Numbered from the stretch's first letter, positions 28,221 through 38,514 are shown. The stretch: 64,000 bases of DNA from Deltaproteobacteria bacterium (GCA_037439645.1 JBBIVQ010000005.1:10368-74367); one strand, 5' to 3'. The notes: generated by a model from the letters alone, not told the origin. A program made the numbers and translations.

Positions 28221-28249
28221 GGAGTGGGCCGTGAAATCGGCCCACTCCC
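28221..28249 (+). terminator. Intrinsic terminator hairpin (10-bp stem)
   Basis: ggagtgggcc-gtgaaatc-ggcccactcc followed by cggTTgaTT. Confidence 0.6.
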
Positions 28250-28319
28250 GGTTGATTCGGAAATAGAATGGGGGTCTACGGCTTCCGGGGGCCGAAGTCT
28301 CGCGCCATGGAGGAACAGG

Positions 28320-29270
28320 ATGGCGAAGGGGATTCCTCGTCCGATGAACAAGCCCGCCATGATGGATTGGGCGCTGCGGCTTCTGCGGTTGCTCAACGAA
28401 AAGAAAGTCCTCACCTCCCGGGTCGTGGCGGAGGCGTTCGACGTCAACATCCGCACCGCGCAGCGATACCTCCTGTACCTCTCCGACCTGCCGTGCGTGG
28501 TGGTCGACGAGGAGAAGCACACCTACACGCTCACCTCGGACTACATCATCACCGACAAGATCCTGAACACCTCCGAGATGGCCCTGGTGTGCGCCCTGAT
28601 CGACTACGCCACCCACATCTTCGGAAAGGAGCACTCGAAGTTCCTGGCGGGGCTGAAAAACAGGATCTTCCGGATGCCGGACGTCTACCAGATCGTCAAG
28701 GACGATGCGATCGACATGGAGAAGGTGGCCGGCGTCCAGTTGGCGCTGGAGCGGCACATCAAGAGCCGGGAGGTGATCTCCTTCCTCTACCGGCGTTCCG
28801 GGAAGCGGTACACGGTGGAGCCGTGCAAGATTCTCTACCACGGCGGGTTCTGGTACGTGGTGGCGATGCACGACGGGATCGTGAAGAAGTTCCTCCTCGA
28901 CGTCATCGAGGGAATCCGCGCCACGGGGCGGGCTTGCGGGGAGATCCCGGAGTCCGTCCGGAAGACGTTGTCGGATGCACAGAGTATCTGGTTCCAGGAC
29001 AAGGCGCCGGACCGGGTGACGGTGGAGTTCGACGCGGAGGTTGCCCACTTCTTCGAACGGAAGAGCATTTTCCCCCGCCAGGAGATCGTACGGAAAGGGA
29101 AGGACGGGAAGATCGTCGTCTCCTTCGACGTCCACAACGACATGGACTTCCGGGAGCACATCGCCCGCTGGATGCCGTATTTCAGGGTACAATCCCCCGA
29201 TTTTTACCGAGAATATTTCTGTAGGGTAACCCGTGAGGCTCTAGACAAGAACGTTTCAAGGGTAAATTGA
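28320..29270 (+). CDS. WYL-domain transcriptional regulator with N-terminal HTH
   Basis: HTH region MMDWALRLLRLLNEKKVLTSRVVAEAFDVNIRTAQRYLLYL and WYL core GGFWYVVAMHDGIVKKFLLDVIEG. A GGAGGA Shine-Dalgarno precedes the ATG at 28320. The upstream part of ORF 28224 was rejected. Confidence 0.8.
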   Translation: MAKGIPRPMNKPAMMDWALRLLRLLNEKKVLTSRVVAEAFDVNIRTAQRYLLYLSDLPCVVVDEEKHTYTLTSDYIITDKILNTSEMALVCALIDYATHIFGKEHSKFLAGLKNRIFRMPDVYQIVKDDAIDMEKVAGVQLALERHIKSREVISFLYRRSGKRYTVEPCKILYHGGFWYVVAMHDGIVKKFLLDVIEGIRATGRACGEIPESVRKTLSDAQSIWFQDKAPDRVTVEFDAEVAHFFERKSIFPRQEIVRKGKDGKIVVSFDVHNDMDFREHIARWMPYFRVQSPDFYREYFCRVTREALDKNVSRVN

Positions 29271-29342
29271 GAATATAGGTTTGTCGCCGAGGGCCCATGA
29301 TCCTCACCATTCATCGCGGATCGAAGCAGATCGGAGGGCATC

Positions 29343-29921
29343 GTGAGGAGAAGCGTCGAGGTGCCGGTGGGATTCCAGCTCCGGATCGAATTGAGGGAGG
29401 TCCTGCCGCCGGTCTGGCGGCGCTTCCTGGTCCCCGGGTCGATCACCCTCCCCGGCCTCCATCGCGTGATACAGGATGTCATGGGGTGGGAAAACAGCCA
29501 TCTCCACCTCTTCCGATTCGGAAAGAAGGAGTACGGGATTCCCGATCCCGAGTACCCCTCGGAGATGCGGAACGAACGGGGCAGGCGCCTGCGGGAATTT
29601 CTCCGCGACGAGGGGGAGACGTTCGGGTACCAGTACGACTTCGGCGACAACTGGGAGCATGACGTCGTTGTCGAGCGGATCGTGACCGGCGCCGAGGTGA
29701 CGGAGGCTACGTGCTTGGAGGGGGAGAGGGCTTGCCCGCCGGAGGATGTCGGAAGTCCCTCCGGGTACATGGAGTATCTGGAAGCCTTGAAGGATCCTTC
29801 CCATCCGGACCACCAGCAGATGGTGGAGTGGAGGGGTCCCTCGTTCGACCCCGAGCGGTTCGACCCGGGAAGGATCAACCGGCGGTTGTCCCTATTGTCC
29901 CGAAGGCGTCGGCGGGCGTAG
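29343..29921 (+). CDS. pRiA4b ORF-3-like (PRiA4_ORF3 / IS1096-TnpR-passenger family) protein
   Basis: FQLRIELREVLPPVWRRFLVPGSITLPGLHRVIQDVMGWENSHLHLF is a family motif. GTG start with a GGAGGG Shine-Dalgarno. Confidence 0.75.
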   Translation: MRRSVEVPVGFQLRIELREVLPPVWRRFLVPGSITLPGLHRVIQDVMGWENSHLHLFRFGKKEYGIPDPEYPSEMRNERGRRLREFLRDEGETFGYQYDFGDNWEHDVVVERIVTGAEVTEATCLEGERACPPEDVGSPSGYMEYLEALKDPSHPDHQQMVEWRGPSFDPERFDPGRINRRLSLLSRRRRRA

Positions 29922-30050
29922 ATGCCGGGCTACATGACAATAACGTCAAGTAAGGGAATTTAGTTAAGTTACCCATTCGATATCCCGCCTACTGTCAACG
30001 AAATGTCAACTAATGTCAAATGGCATTTAGAGAGTCTGAAAAGATATCGG

Positions 30051-30883
30051 TTATTCTTTTTTCGTCGCTGGAGGCAGATCTAACTTCTGAGCAACATCTG
30101 GCACGGCTACGAAATAGTAACGCCTGTTCATTTTTTTCTTGTTTAGATACCCCCTTTCCGCAAGGTCGAGTAAATCTGCGCTTGCCGTCGCCCGAACGAC
30201 GTTGTGAGAGTTTTTGTGGGATTCAATCGTGTACACCGCGTCCGCGTGTTTCACCGCATGCTGGAGAAGGGCAATTTGCCTGTAGTTCAGGTTGGGAACA
30301 TTGCGCAGCATGGCGATCGCTTTCCGCATTTCATCCTGTTTCCGTGCCAGATAATGGTGCAGCTCCTCAAGTGCCAAATGGATGGCCTTCAGGTGGTAAA
30401 CGAGGAAATACGTGACATCCCGGCCGTCAGTCTCCGCGTACAGATAAGCCTTGGCGTATTGCAGGACGGATTTCAGGATGATCCTGGAGATGCTCGAGTA
30501 CTCAAACATCCAGTAGTTGTGGGAAAGCATGTACCAATAGAAGACAGCCCGGGTCGTTCTCCCGTTCCCGTCCACATACGGATGTTCATAAGCAAGCCAG
30601 AAGTGGAGCAGGATGGCGCGGATCACCGGATGGATGAACGGCTCGTTGTCTTTGTCATTGGTCAGGGGACAAAGACGAAAGGGATATTTCGCGGCCGTTC
30701 AAGCCGGGATTGCGCGCGACTACACACCGATGGAGAAGATCTTTACCGTCGTGATCCGGAGGACTTTCCGAAAACGTGCTTGATCATCGGCTTGGTCTCA
30801 CCTTGGAGGAGTTCGATTTCCTCCTTGGAGAGGTGTATTCCTTCGATGGCCGCGGAGGACGTGACCGTCGTCACTACTCGCAT
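30051..30883 (-). pseudogene. Fic/Doc family protein, frameshifted
   Basis: The Fic motif HPYVDGNGRTTR is in one reading frame. The N-terminal Fic motif SSAAIEGIHLSKEEIELL is in a different reading frame. The first part stops at 30743, and the second opens just after a TGA near 30709. Confidence 0.7.
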
Positions 30884-31078
30884 GCAAGACTGACCGAACT
30901 TCTCGAGGAATTCGGTCTCGAACTCCGCATGCCGCATTCCCGGGCGATGGGACAGGGGCTTTTCGAGCTGCGACCGAGAGGGCGGGAAGGAATCGCAAGA
31001 GTTTTCTACTGCACGAGAGTCGGACGGAGGATCGTCATCCTTCACTCGTTCGTGAAGAGAACGGACAAGACGCCGTAG
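30884..31078 (+). pseudogene. Gp49/HigB-like (RelE/ParE superfamily) toxin, N-terminally truncated
   Basis: LTELLEEFGLELRMPHSRAMGQGLFELRPRGREGIARVFYCTRVGRRIVILHSFVKRTDKTP matches the C-terminal two-thirds of this toxin family. Homology starts exactly where the opposite-strand Fic N-terminal fragment ends. The listed ORF start at 30776 would give a non-homologous N-terminus. Confidence 0.6.
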
Positions 31079-31114
31079 GGAACTCGACATCGCCCGGGCT
31101 CGGCAAAAAGAGGT

Positions 31115-31312
31115 ATGCAGGCCATGAAGAGACAAGCACCGACCAGGACGCACCGTCAGATGGTCGCAGCGTGGAAAAAGGATCCCGAATTCCAGGTGGC
31201 GTACGACGAGCTTGATACGGAGTTCGCCCTGCTGCGCCAGTTGCTCGCCGCGAGGATGAGAGCCATTATGTTCTTGCTCTTGGATTACGAATATCGTAAT
31301 GTGCTTGCGTAG
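31115..31312 (+). pseudogene. HigA-like HTH antitoxin, N-terminal fragment truncated by the downstream AbiE insertion
   Basis: RQMVAAWKKDPEFQVAYDELDTEFALLRQLLAARMRA matches the HigA N-terminus. The HTH core is missing. A 17-bp palindrome attacgaatatcgtaat sits at the break. Confidence 0.45.
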
Positions 31313-31996
31313 ATGCAGAGCCTTACTGAGAAAGTACTCAAGCTGGCGCCTCCTGGCGGGTTGTTCGATGAGACGGTCATCCACAACCTGTTTCCGGACA
31401 TCGGTATCGGCGCGCGCGGCCTGTTGGTGCATCGGGCATGTAAAGCGGGTGAAATCCTGCGCCTGAAACCCGGGCTATTCGTGCTCGGCCAGCCGTATCG
31501 GAGGTCCGAGCCGCACCCTTTCGTGGTGGCGGCCATGCTGCACGCCCCGTCCCACATCAGCCTGGAATCCGCCTTGGCGTATCACGGTCTGATCCCCGAG
31601 GCGGTCTACCAGGTGAGCAGCGTCACGGTCGGGCGCAGCAGGGAGTTCTCCACGCCGCTGGGGGTGTTCAACTTCCGCAGGGTGCCGGCGCGCGCGCCGC
31701 GTGCGGGGGTCGAGGCGGTGGCGGTCACGCGCAGCGCCTGGGCGTTTGTCGCCTCGCCCCTGCGCGCCATCGCCGACAAGGTCTATCTCAACAAGGAGAT
31801 CACCTGGAATCGCAACGGTCCCGGTTACCTGACGGAGTCGCTACGCATCGAGGAGGACGATCTGCGGTCGCTCTCCTTCGAAGCGCTGGACGAGATTCTG
31901 GACAGCATCCGCAGCCGGCGCGTGCAGGCATACCTCGCGGGGTTGAAAGGAGCGGTCGGCAATGCTGGAGAGGGTGTTGAGCGCAAGAATCCGTGA
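31313..31996 (+). CDS. abiEi: AbiEi antitoxin (type IV TA / abortive infection system, N-terminal wHTH)
   Basis: The domain pattern matches AbiEi. The gene lies directly upstream of, and overlapping, the AbiEii gene. Confidence 0.8.
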   Translation: MQSLTEKVLKLAPPGGLFDETVIHNLFPDIGIGARGLLVHRACKAGEILRLKPGLFVLGQPYRRSEPHPFVVAAMLHAPSHISLESALAYHGLIPEAVYQVSSVTVGRSREFSTPLGVFNFRRVPARAPRAGVEAVAVTRSAWAFVASPLRAIADKVYLNKEITWNRNGPGYLTESLRIEEDDLRSLSFEALDEILDSIRSRRVQAYLAGLKGAVGNAGEGVERKNP

Positions 31997-32828
31997 CTAC
32001 GCGCCGACGAACAGCGTGGAGCAGGAAAATGTGCTGCAGGAAATCATGCAACACTACGTATTGTCCAGCCTCTCGCGTGCGGGCCTGTTCGCGGAGGCCA
32101 TGTTTCACGGAGGCACTTGCCTGCGCATCGTTTACGGGATGAACCGGTTCTCGGAAGACCTGGATTTCCTTCTCAAACGGCCCGATCCGGATTTCCGCTG
32201 GCAGGGCTACCTGGAGTCTGTTCGAAAGGACTGCGAGGGGGAAGGCATCCCTTTCGAGGTGCAGGACAAGTCCCAGGCCGGAACGGCCGTTCAGAAGGCG
32301 TTCCTGAAGACCGACTCCATCGGCAAGATTCTGGAGTTGGACCTGCCGTTCGAGCGGCATCAAGCCCGGAAGATACGCATCAAGTTGGAGATCGACATCG
32401 ATCCTCCCGCCGGCTCGACGTTTACGACCAGCTACATCACGTTCCCCGTGACGGCGCCGATGACGACGCAGTCCCTCGAATCGGGTTTCGCCCTGAAACT
32501 GCACGCCTTGCTCTGCCGTTCCTACGTCAAAGGACGGGACTGGTTCGACTTCGTGTGGTATGTCGCCCGCAAGACCGCGCCCGATCCGGATCTGCTGAGC
32601 CAGGCATTGCGCCAGCAGGGGCCTTGGGCCGGACAACCGATAGCTGTGACCGGGCAATGGGTGCGGGATAACATGGAGGCGACGATCCGGCGCATTGATT
32701 GGTCCGCGGCTCGAGACGACGTTCAGCGCTTTCTGCCCCTGCGCGAGCAGGAGGGACTTCGCGCGTGGAGTGCCGACTTTTTCCTTCACCACCTCGAGCG
32801 CATGAACGACATTTCCCTCCCGAAATGA
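31962..32828 (+). CDS. abiEii: AbiEii/AbiGii-family nucleotidyltransferase toxin
   Basis: MFHGGTCLRIVYGMNRFSEDLDFL is the nucleotidyltransferase motif. Starts inside the 3' end of abiEi. Confidence 0.85.
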   Translation: MLERVLSARIRDYAPTNSVEQENVLQEIMQHYVLSSLSRAGLFAEAMFHGGTCLRIVYGMNRFSEDLDFLLKRPDPDFRWQGYLESVRKDCEGEGIPFEVQDKSQAGTAVQKAFLKTDSIGKILELDLPFERHQARKIRIKLEIDIDPPAGSTFTTSYITFPVTAPMTTQSLESGFALKLHALLCRSYVKGRDWFDFVWYVARKTAPDPDLLSQALRQQGPWAGQPIAVTGQWVRDNMEATIRRIDWSAARDDVQRFLPLREQEGLRAWSADFFLHHLERMNDISLPK

Positions 32829-33094
32829 TTTCGGCCGGACCCGACAGGAATTCCCTTTTTCTGCTCGTCGCGGCCGGGGGGAGGACGATCCTTCCGGCCG
32901 TCGTCTTTTCGAAGTCCGGTCGCCGAACAGGCTTCCCGAGCCGATCCGTTCACCGCGACCCGGCTCGTCGATTCCCCGGACCATGTAAAGCCCCAGGCGC
33001 AACGCATCCGACGAACGCTTCGGAAGAAACTTCCCCGAGCCCTTCCCGCTTGGCGCCGGTACCGGATGCGTGACTGGGGGAAGTGAGTGGAACG

Positions 33095-33300
33095 ATGAGG
33101 AGAACGAATTTCGACCGGTATCTGGAAGAGCAACTGCGGGATCCCTCGTTTGCCGCCCGTTTCGAGCGCGCCGGCGAGGCGTGGGATGTGGCGATGCATA
33201 TCGCCGCTCTTCGGCGGCGGGCCGGGCTCTCACAGAAAGACCTCGCGAAGCTTCTCAAGACCTCCCAGCAGCAGATCAGCCGCTTGGAGTCCCCCGGCGC
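33095..33300 (+). pseudogene. HTH-XRE (HigA-like) antitoxin fragment; HTH is present but the C-terminus is replaced
   Basis: FDRYLEEQLRDPSFAARFERAGEAWDVAMHIAALRRRAGLSQKDLAKLLKTSQQQISRLE. Beyond this the ORF continues only as the reverse strand of the next gene. The full 239-aa ORF 33083..33802 was rejected. Confidence 0.45.
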
Positions 33301-33337
33301 TTCGGGGAATGGAATACCCGTCAGCGGTCACATGCCT

Positions 33338-33705
33338 TCAACGCTTCGCGGCCTGCAGGGCGACCATCCCCTTGATCGCCTCGATGGCCTCTTCCGTGGT
33401 CTTGTTCCGGATGTCGAGGGAGGCCAGGCGCGACCGGTCGAACCCGGCTGCGTCGAGCGCGTCCCGGAGCATCTTCGCCTGCATCTGCGGGTCGCACGCG
33501 GCGATGTACAGAGTGTCCGTATCCCTCCCCGCGAGCAGGACCTTGAGGAATTCCTCCCCGTCCCCTACGCAGAGCTGCGGGTGCAGGCACACGTAGTCGA
33601 AGATCTTCTCCCGGCGGACGTCGGCGAGCACGTTGAAGATGTCCATCTTCTTGAAGCTCGGGCAGGTTCCCTGGCAGTTGCAGAGAATGAATCCTTTTTC
33701 CCCAT
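33338..33705 (-). pseudogene. MvhD/FlpD-like (hydrogenase delta-subunit family) small Fe-S protein; the ATG with a perfect AAGGAG SD is in one reading frame and the conserved Cys-rich body is in another, switching at an A5 run
   Basis: ATG at 33705 with AAGGAG at a 6-nt spacing gives MGKK, then the A5 run at 33695-33699. The conserved protein GFILCNCQGTCPSF-KKMDIFNVLADV...LYIAACDPQ...RSRLASLDIRNKTTEE aligns by eye to MvhD (ILCNWCAYAGADLAG ... GCHIGDCHY ... RLRLEWVSASE). Confidence 0.5.
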
Positions 33706-33875
33706 GGCGAACTCCTTTCCATTAATCGTTACATCTACATATATAGATATTATGCCCGGGAAAGCGGAAAAGATCAACGATAATTTCGACACGGATTATT
33801 AGCGACGAGCGCACAAGGTTAGACGGAGGATCGGGAGGAATAAGCGTTTGAGAGGATTGGAGGAGTATCGCCCTG

Positions 33876-34346
33876 TTATATTTCCTTCCCGTGGCCGAAG
33901 AGGACCTTCAGGCGGCGGAGGAGTTCGTCGCGAACGGATCGGAACGCATCGAGGCGGGTTTCCTCCGTGCCGGTGATGGCCGCCGGGTCGGGAAGCGCCC
34001 AGTGGGCACGGTGCGCCTTCCCGAGGAATACGGGGCAGACCTCCTCGGCGCAGAGGGTGATCACGGCGTCGACGGACCCGGCGTCGATGGAATCCAGCCC
34101 TTTGGATCGGTGATCGGAGATATCGAAGCCGATCTCCTTGAGGACCCGGATCGCCTCCGGGCGGACGGAGGAGGGGGCAGACCCGGCGGAACTGATGTGT
34201 AAGCCTTCCGGAGCGAGAAAACGTGCGATCCCTTCGGCCATCTGACTGCGGGCTGAGTTCGCGACGCAAAGGAACAAAATGTGCCTCGGGCGCTTCGCCC
34301 GCAGGGCCTCCGCCTCGGCCCTCCACTCTTCCTGTCGAGCACTCAC
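33876..34346 (-). CDS. arsC: Arsenate reductase ArsC (LMW-PTP/thioredoxin-coupled type)
   Basis: HILFLCVANSARSQMAEG is the CX5R P-loop. GTG start at 34346 overlaps the arsR stop (GTGA). The long N-terminal extension of ORF 33876..34760 was rejected. Confidence 0.8.
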   Translation of the reverse strand: MSARQEEWRAEAEALRAKRPRHILFLCVANSARSQMAEGIARFLAPEGLHISSAGSAPSSVRPEAIRVLKEIGFDISDHRSKGLDSIDAGSVDAVITLCAEEVCPVFLGKAHRAHWALPDPAAITGTEETRLDAFRSVRDELLRRLKVLFGHGKEI

Positions 34347-34744
34347 CGCTTCGCCGCCCTGCGCTGCCTTCCGGTAAGGGTCATGTTCCTCTCGCAGATC
34401 CCGATGGGGCCGATCGACCTCGCCAGGACCGACCGTTCGCGGTCCTTGGCGATCACGGGATCGTCGTTCAGCCATCCCTGGAGATTTCGCAGCATCCGGC
34501 CCGCGAACGGAGAGTCGGTCCTGCGGTCCAGCGAATAGTAGACCCATTTCCGGTCCCGCCGGTCCTTGATGAGTCCCGCCCCCCGGAGGAGGAAGAGGTG
34601 CTTCGAAACGGTGGACTGTCCGAGGGAGAGGATCGCGATCACCTGGCATACGCACATCTCCCCGCCTTCGAGGATCTTGAGGATCCGTACACGGGTTGGA
34701 TCCGCGGCGGCCTTCAGCACGGTCTCGTAATCGCGCAGCCCCAT
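34343..34744 (-). CDS. arsR: ArsR/SmtB-family arsenite-responsive repressor
   Basis: LKAAADPTRVRILKIL...GEMCVCQVIAIL contains the metal-binding Cys pair in the HTH. Confidence 0.85.
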   Translation of the reverse strand: MGLRDYETVLKAAADPTRVRILKILEGGEMCVCQVIAILSLGQSTVSKHLFLLRGAGLIKDRRDRKWVYYSLDRRTDSPFAGRMLRNLQGWLNDDPVIAKDRERSVLARSIGPIGICERNMTLTGRQRRAAKR

Positions 34745-34763
34745 GTGTGCCTTCCACCATATC

Positions 34764-34781
34764 GTCAATTAACGAATTGAC
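34764..34781. promoter_or_regulatory. Perfect inverted repeat GTCAATT-AACG-AATTGAC upstream of arsR (candidate ArsR operator); a second palindrome CCCGGA-ATA-TCCGGG sits at 34829-34843 nearer arsD
   Basis: Both palindromes lie in the 120-bp divergent arsR/arsD intergenic region. Confidence 0.4.
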
Positions 34782-34866
34782 ATTCCGTACCCGTGAAGCG
34801 ATAATGCGACAGGTACATATTACACGTTCCCGGAATATCCGGGCAAGGAGGCGGATCTTGAGAAAG

Positions 34867-35157
34867 ATGGAAATCTACGAGCCGCCGCTGTGCTGTCCGA
34901 CCGGGGTGTGCGGCCCAGCGCCCGATCCCGCCCTGGCGAAGCTCCAGGAGGACATCCTCCGGTGGAAAAAGGTGGGAGTCGCGGTGGAGCGGCTCGCGAT
35001 CAACCAGGTGCCGCAGCGGTTCATGTCCAATCCGACGGTGGTCGACCTGCTGACCCGGGAGGGACAGGAGGTCCTTCCGGTCGCGCTGCTCGACGGGAAG
35101 GTTGTCTGCAAGGGGAAATACCCGACGTACGACCAGGTCACCCGGGAGGGTATGTAA
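34867..35157 (+). CDS. arsD: Arsenical resistance metallochaperone/repressor ArsD
   Basis: MEIYEPPLCCPTGVCGP matches the ArsD N-terminal Cys motif. An AAGGAGG Shine-Dalgarno lies upstream. Confidence 0.85.
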   Translation: MEIYEPPLCCPTGVCGPAPDPALAKLQEDILRWKKVGVAVERLAINQVPQRFMSNPTVVDLLTREGQEVLPVALLDGKVVCKGKYPTYDQVTREGM

Positions 35158-35222
35158 GTGCACCCTCTCGAAATAATATCGACGTTCCCGGTGCTTCAAT
35201 CGATTTGCGAGAGGGTACACTG

Positions 35223-35405
35223 ATGCCTACGTACGCCTACCTGTGCCGCGCCTGCGGCCGACCGTTCGAGATCAACATGTCCATTCGGGAGAAAGAAACG
35301 TGGAAACCCCGCTGCCCGGTGTGCGGCAGCGCGAAGGTCGAACAGCATCTGTTCGGATTCTCTTTCGGGGGGACCGGTGGCGGGCAACCCGCCCCCGGCG
35401 GGTGA
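35223..35405 (+). CDS. FmdB-family zinc-ribbon protein (60 aa) embedded between arsD and arsA
   Basis: MPTYAYLCRACGRPFEINMSI...PRCPVCGSAKVEQ has two CxxC pairs typical of FmdB. Confidence 0.6.
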   Translation: MPTYAYLCRACGRPFEINMSIREKETWKPRCPVCGSAKVEQHLFGFSFGGTGGGQPAPGG

Positions 35406-35488
35406 TGCCCCCCCGGCCGCGGCGGTCGCTGCGGGTGAGATGGGCAATACCGAAACGACGAATCCCGAAAAATGAGGGGTTGCCGACC

Positions 35489-37413
35489 ATGCACAAATAC
35501 ACGTTCTTTTCCGGCAAGGGGGGGGTGGGAAAGACCACCCTTGCGGCGGCCACGGCCTTGCGTACCGCGGCGTCGGGGAAGCGGACCCTGATCGTCTCCA
35601 CCGACCCGGCCAGCAACCTGGCCGACGTCTTCGAGCGCCCCATCGGGAACCGGGTCACGGAGATCGCTCCGAACCTGTTCGCGCTCGAGATCGATCCGGA
35701 TTCCGCCACGAAGGAGTATAGGGAGCGCGCGCTGGCGCCTTTGCGCGCCATCCTTCCGCCGGACGCCATGAAGGTTCTCGAGGAGCAGTTCCGGAGCGCC
35801 TGCACCGTCGAGATCGCCTCGTTCGACCGGTTCACCGATTTCCTCGGGGACACGGCGTTCGACCACGTCGTCTTCGACACCGCGCCCACGGGCCACACGC
35901 TTCGCCTGCTCGAGTTGCCGGTGGACTGGTCCCGCCACATAGAAGAAGCCGCGCGGGGGAACGGCCAGACGTGCATCGGCCCGGTCGCCTCCCTGCAGGG
36001 GGCCAAGGCGAAGTACGACCACGCCATCGCCGCGCTTCGGGATCCCGGGGAGACGGAGTTCACGCTGGTCTGCCGTCCGGAACGGACCTCCGTGGACGAG
36101 CTGCTCCGGGCCCGGGAAGAGCTCCGGACGCTCGGGATCGGAAATTTCCGCATCGTGCTGAACGGGGTGATCCCGGCCGGGGCGGGGGGGCCGTTCGCGA
36201 CCCTGTCCACGTCCCAGCGGGAGCAGGACCGCCGTCTTTCCGCGAAGCTCGACCGGCCCTGCATCGAGGTGCCCCTTCAGGGAGGGGAAGTGAAGGGGCT
36301 TTCCGCGATAGGGAGGTTCGCGGCGATCGCGTTCGACGGGAAGAGGGATTTTCTCCACGGCGGGTTCACGGGCACCCGTCCTTTCACGGGGTTCTCTACC
36401 CCGCACATCCTGAGGGAAATGGTGACCTCCGGCGATGGCCATGGACGGCCAAGTGCCGAGGCGGGCAGGGATGCCCCCGGTTCGGTGGTAGCCTCGGCCA
36501 GCCGGACGGTCGTCCTGACCGGCAAGGGAGGGGTCGGGAAAACCGTCACGGCGTGCGCGCTTGCGGCGCGTCTCGCGCGGGAGGGGAAACGGGTCCTCCT
36601 GGCGACCACCGACCCGGCGGCGCACATCGGGTCGGTCCTTTCGGCGGAGGTATCGAGCCGGGTTCGCCCCGTCCCGGGCTACTCCGGGCTCTTCGCCGTC
36701 CGGATCGACCAGAAGGAAAGCGTCGAAGCGTACAAGGCGAAGATCCTCTCCCAGGCGGCCGCGTCCGGCCACACCGGAGAGATGCTCGCCGTGGTCAAGG
36801 AGGAGCTGGAATCCCCCTGCACGGAGGAGATGGCGGTCTTCGAGGAGTTCTCGGGCCTGGTGGAGCGGGACGATTTCGACGCAGTGATCCTCGACACCGC
36901 CCCCACGGGGCACACGTTGCGCCTCCTCGAGCTGCCGTACGACTACGCCCGCCAGGTCGAGATGATGGTGGCCGTCCGGAAGGACGACGCCGGGGCGTCC
37001 GGCGCCAGGGGGAAGCTCGACGCGCTCGTCCGGCGCCTGAAGGATCCGGAGGCAACGACGTTTCTCCTCGTGATCTACCCGGAGTACACCCCGATCTTCG
37101 AGGCGAAACGGGCCGCGGAAGACCTGAAGGAATCCGGCATCGAGGTCCAGGGCGTCATCGCCAATTTCCTCCTCGACGAGGACGACTGCTCGTCTCCCTT
37201 CTCCCTGTCGCGGTACTTCATGCAGCAGCACTATCTCAAGGTGGCCGAGGAGACGTTCCGGCTGCCGATCTTCAAGGTGCCCATGCTGCCGTCGGAGCCC
37301 GCGGGCGCGGAGGCTCTGTGCACGGTGGGCAGGAAGTTGCTCGGTGAGCCGATGGCGAACATGATCTCCGTGATGGGGATGATGATGGGGGGCAGGGGCG
37401 GGGGCTGCTGCGG

Positions 37414-37417
<4 letters not shown>
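35489..37417 (+). CDS. arsA: Arsenite-translocating ATPase ArsA (two tandem ATPase halves) with a Cys-rich C-terminal tail
   Basis: Two P-loops (FFSGKGGVGKTT and LTGKGGVGKT), two DTAPTGHTLRLLELP signature motifs, and a C-terminal GGRGGGCCG. Confidence 0.93.

Positions 37418-38514
<1,097 letters not shown>

Noticed and set aside
33083-33802. 239-aa plus-strand ORF as an intact gene
   Set aside because: Only the first ~70 residues form an XRE-type HTH. The remainder is the reverse-strand reading of the MvhD-like gene and its upstream spacer.
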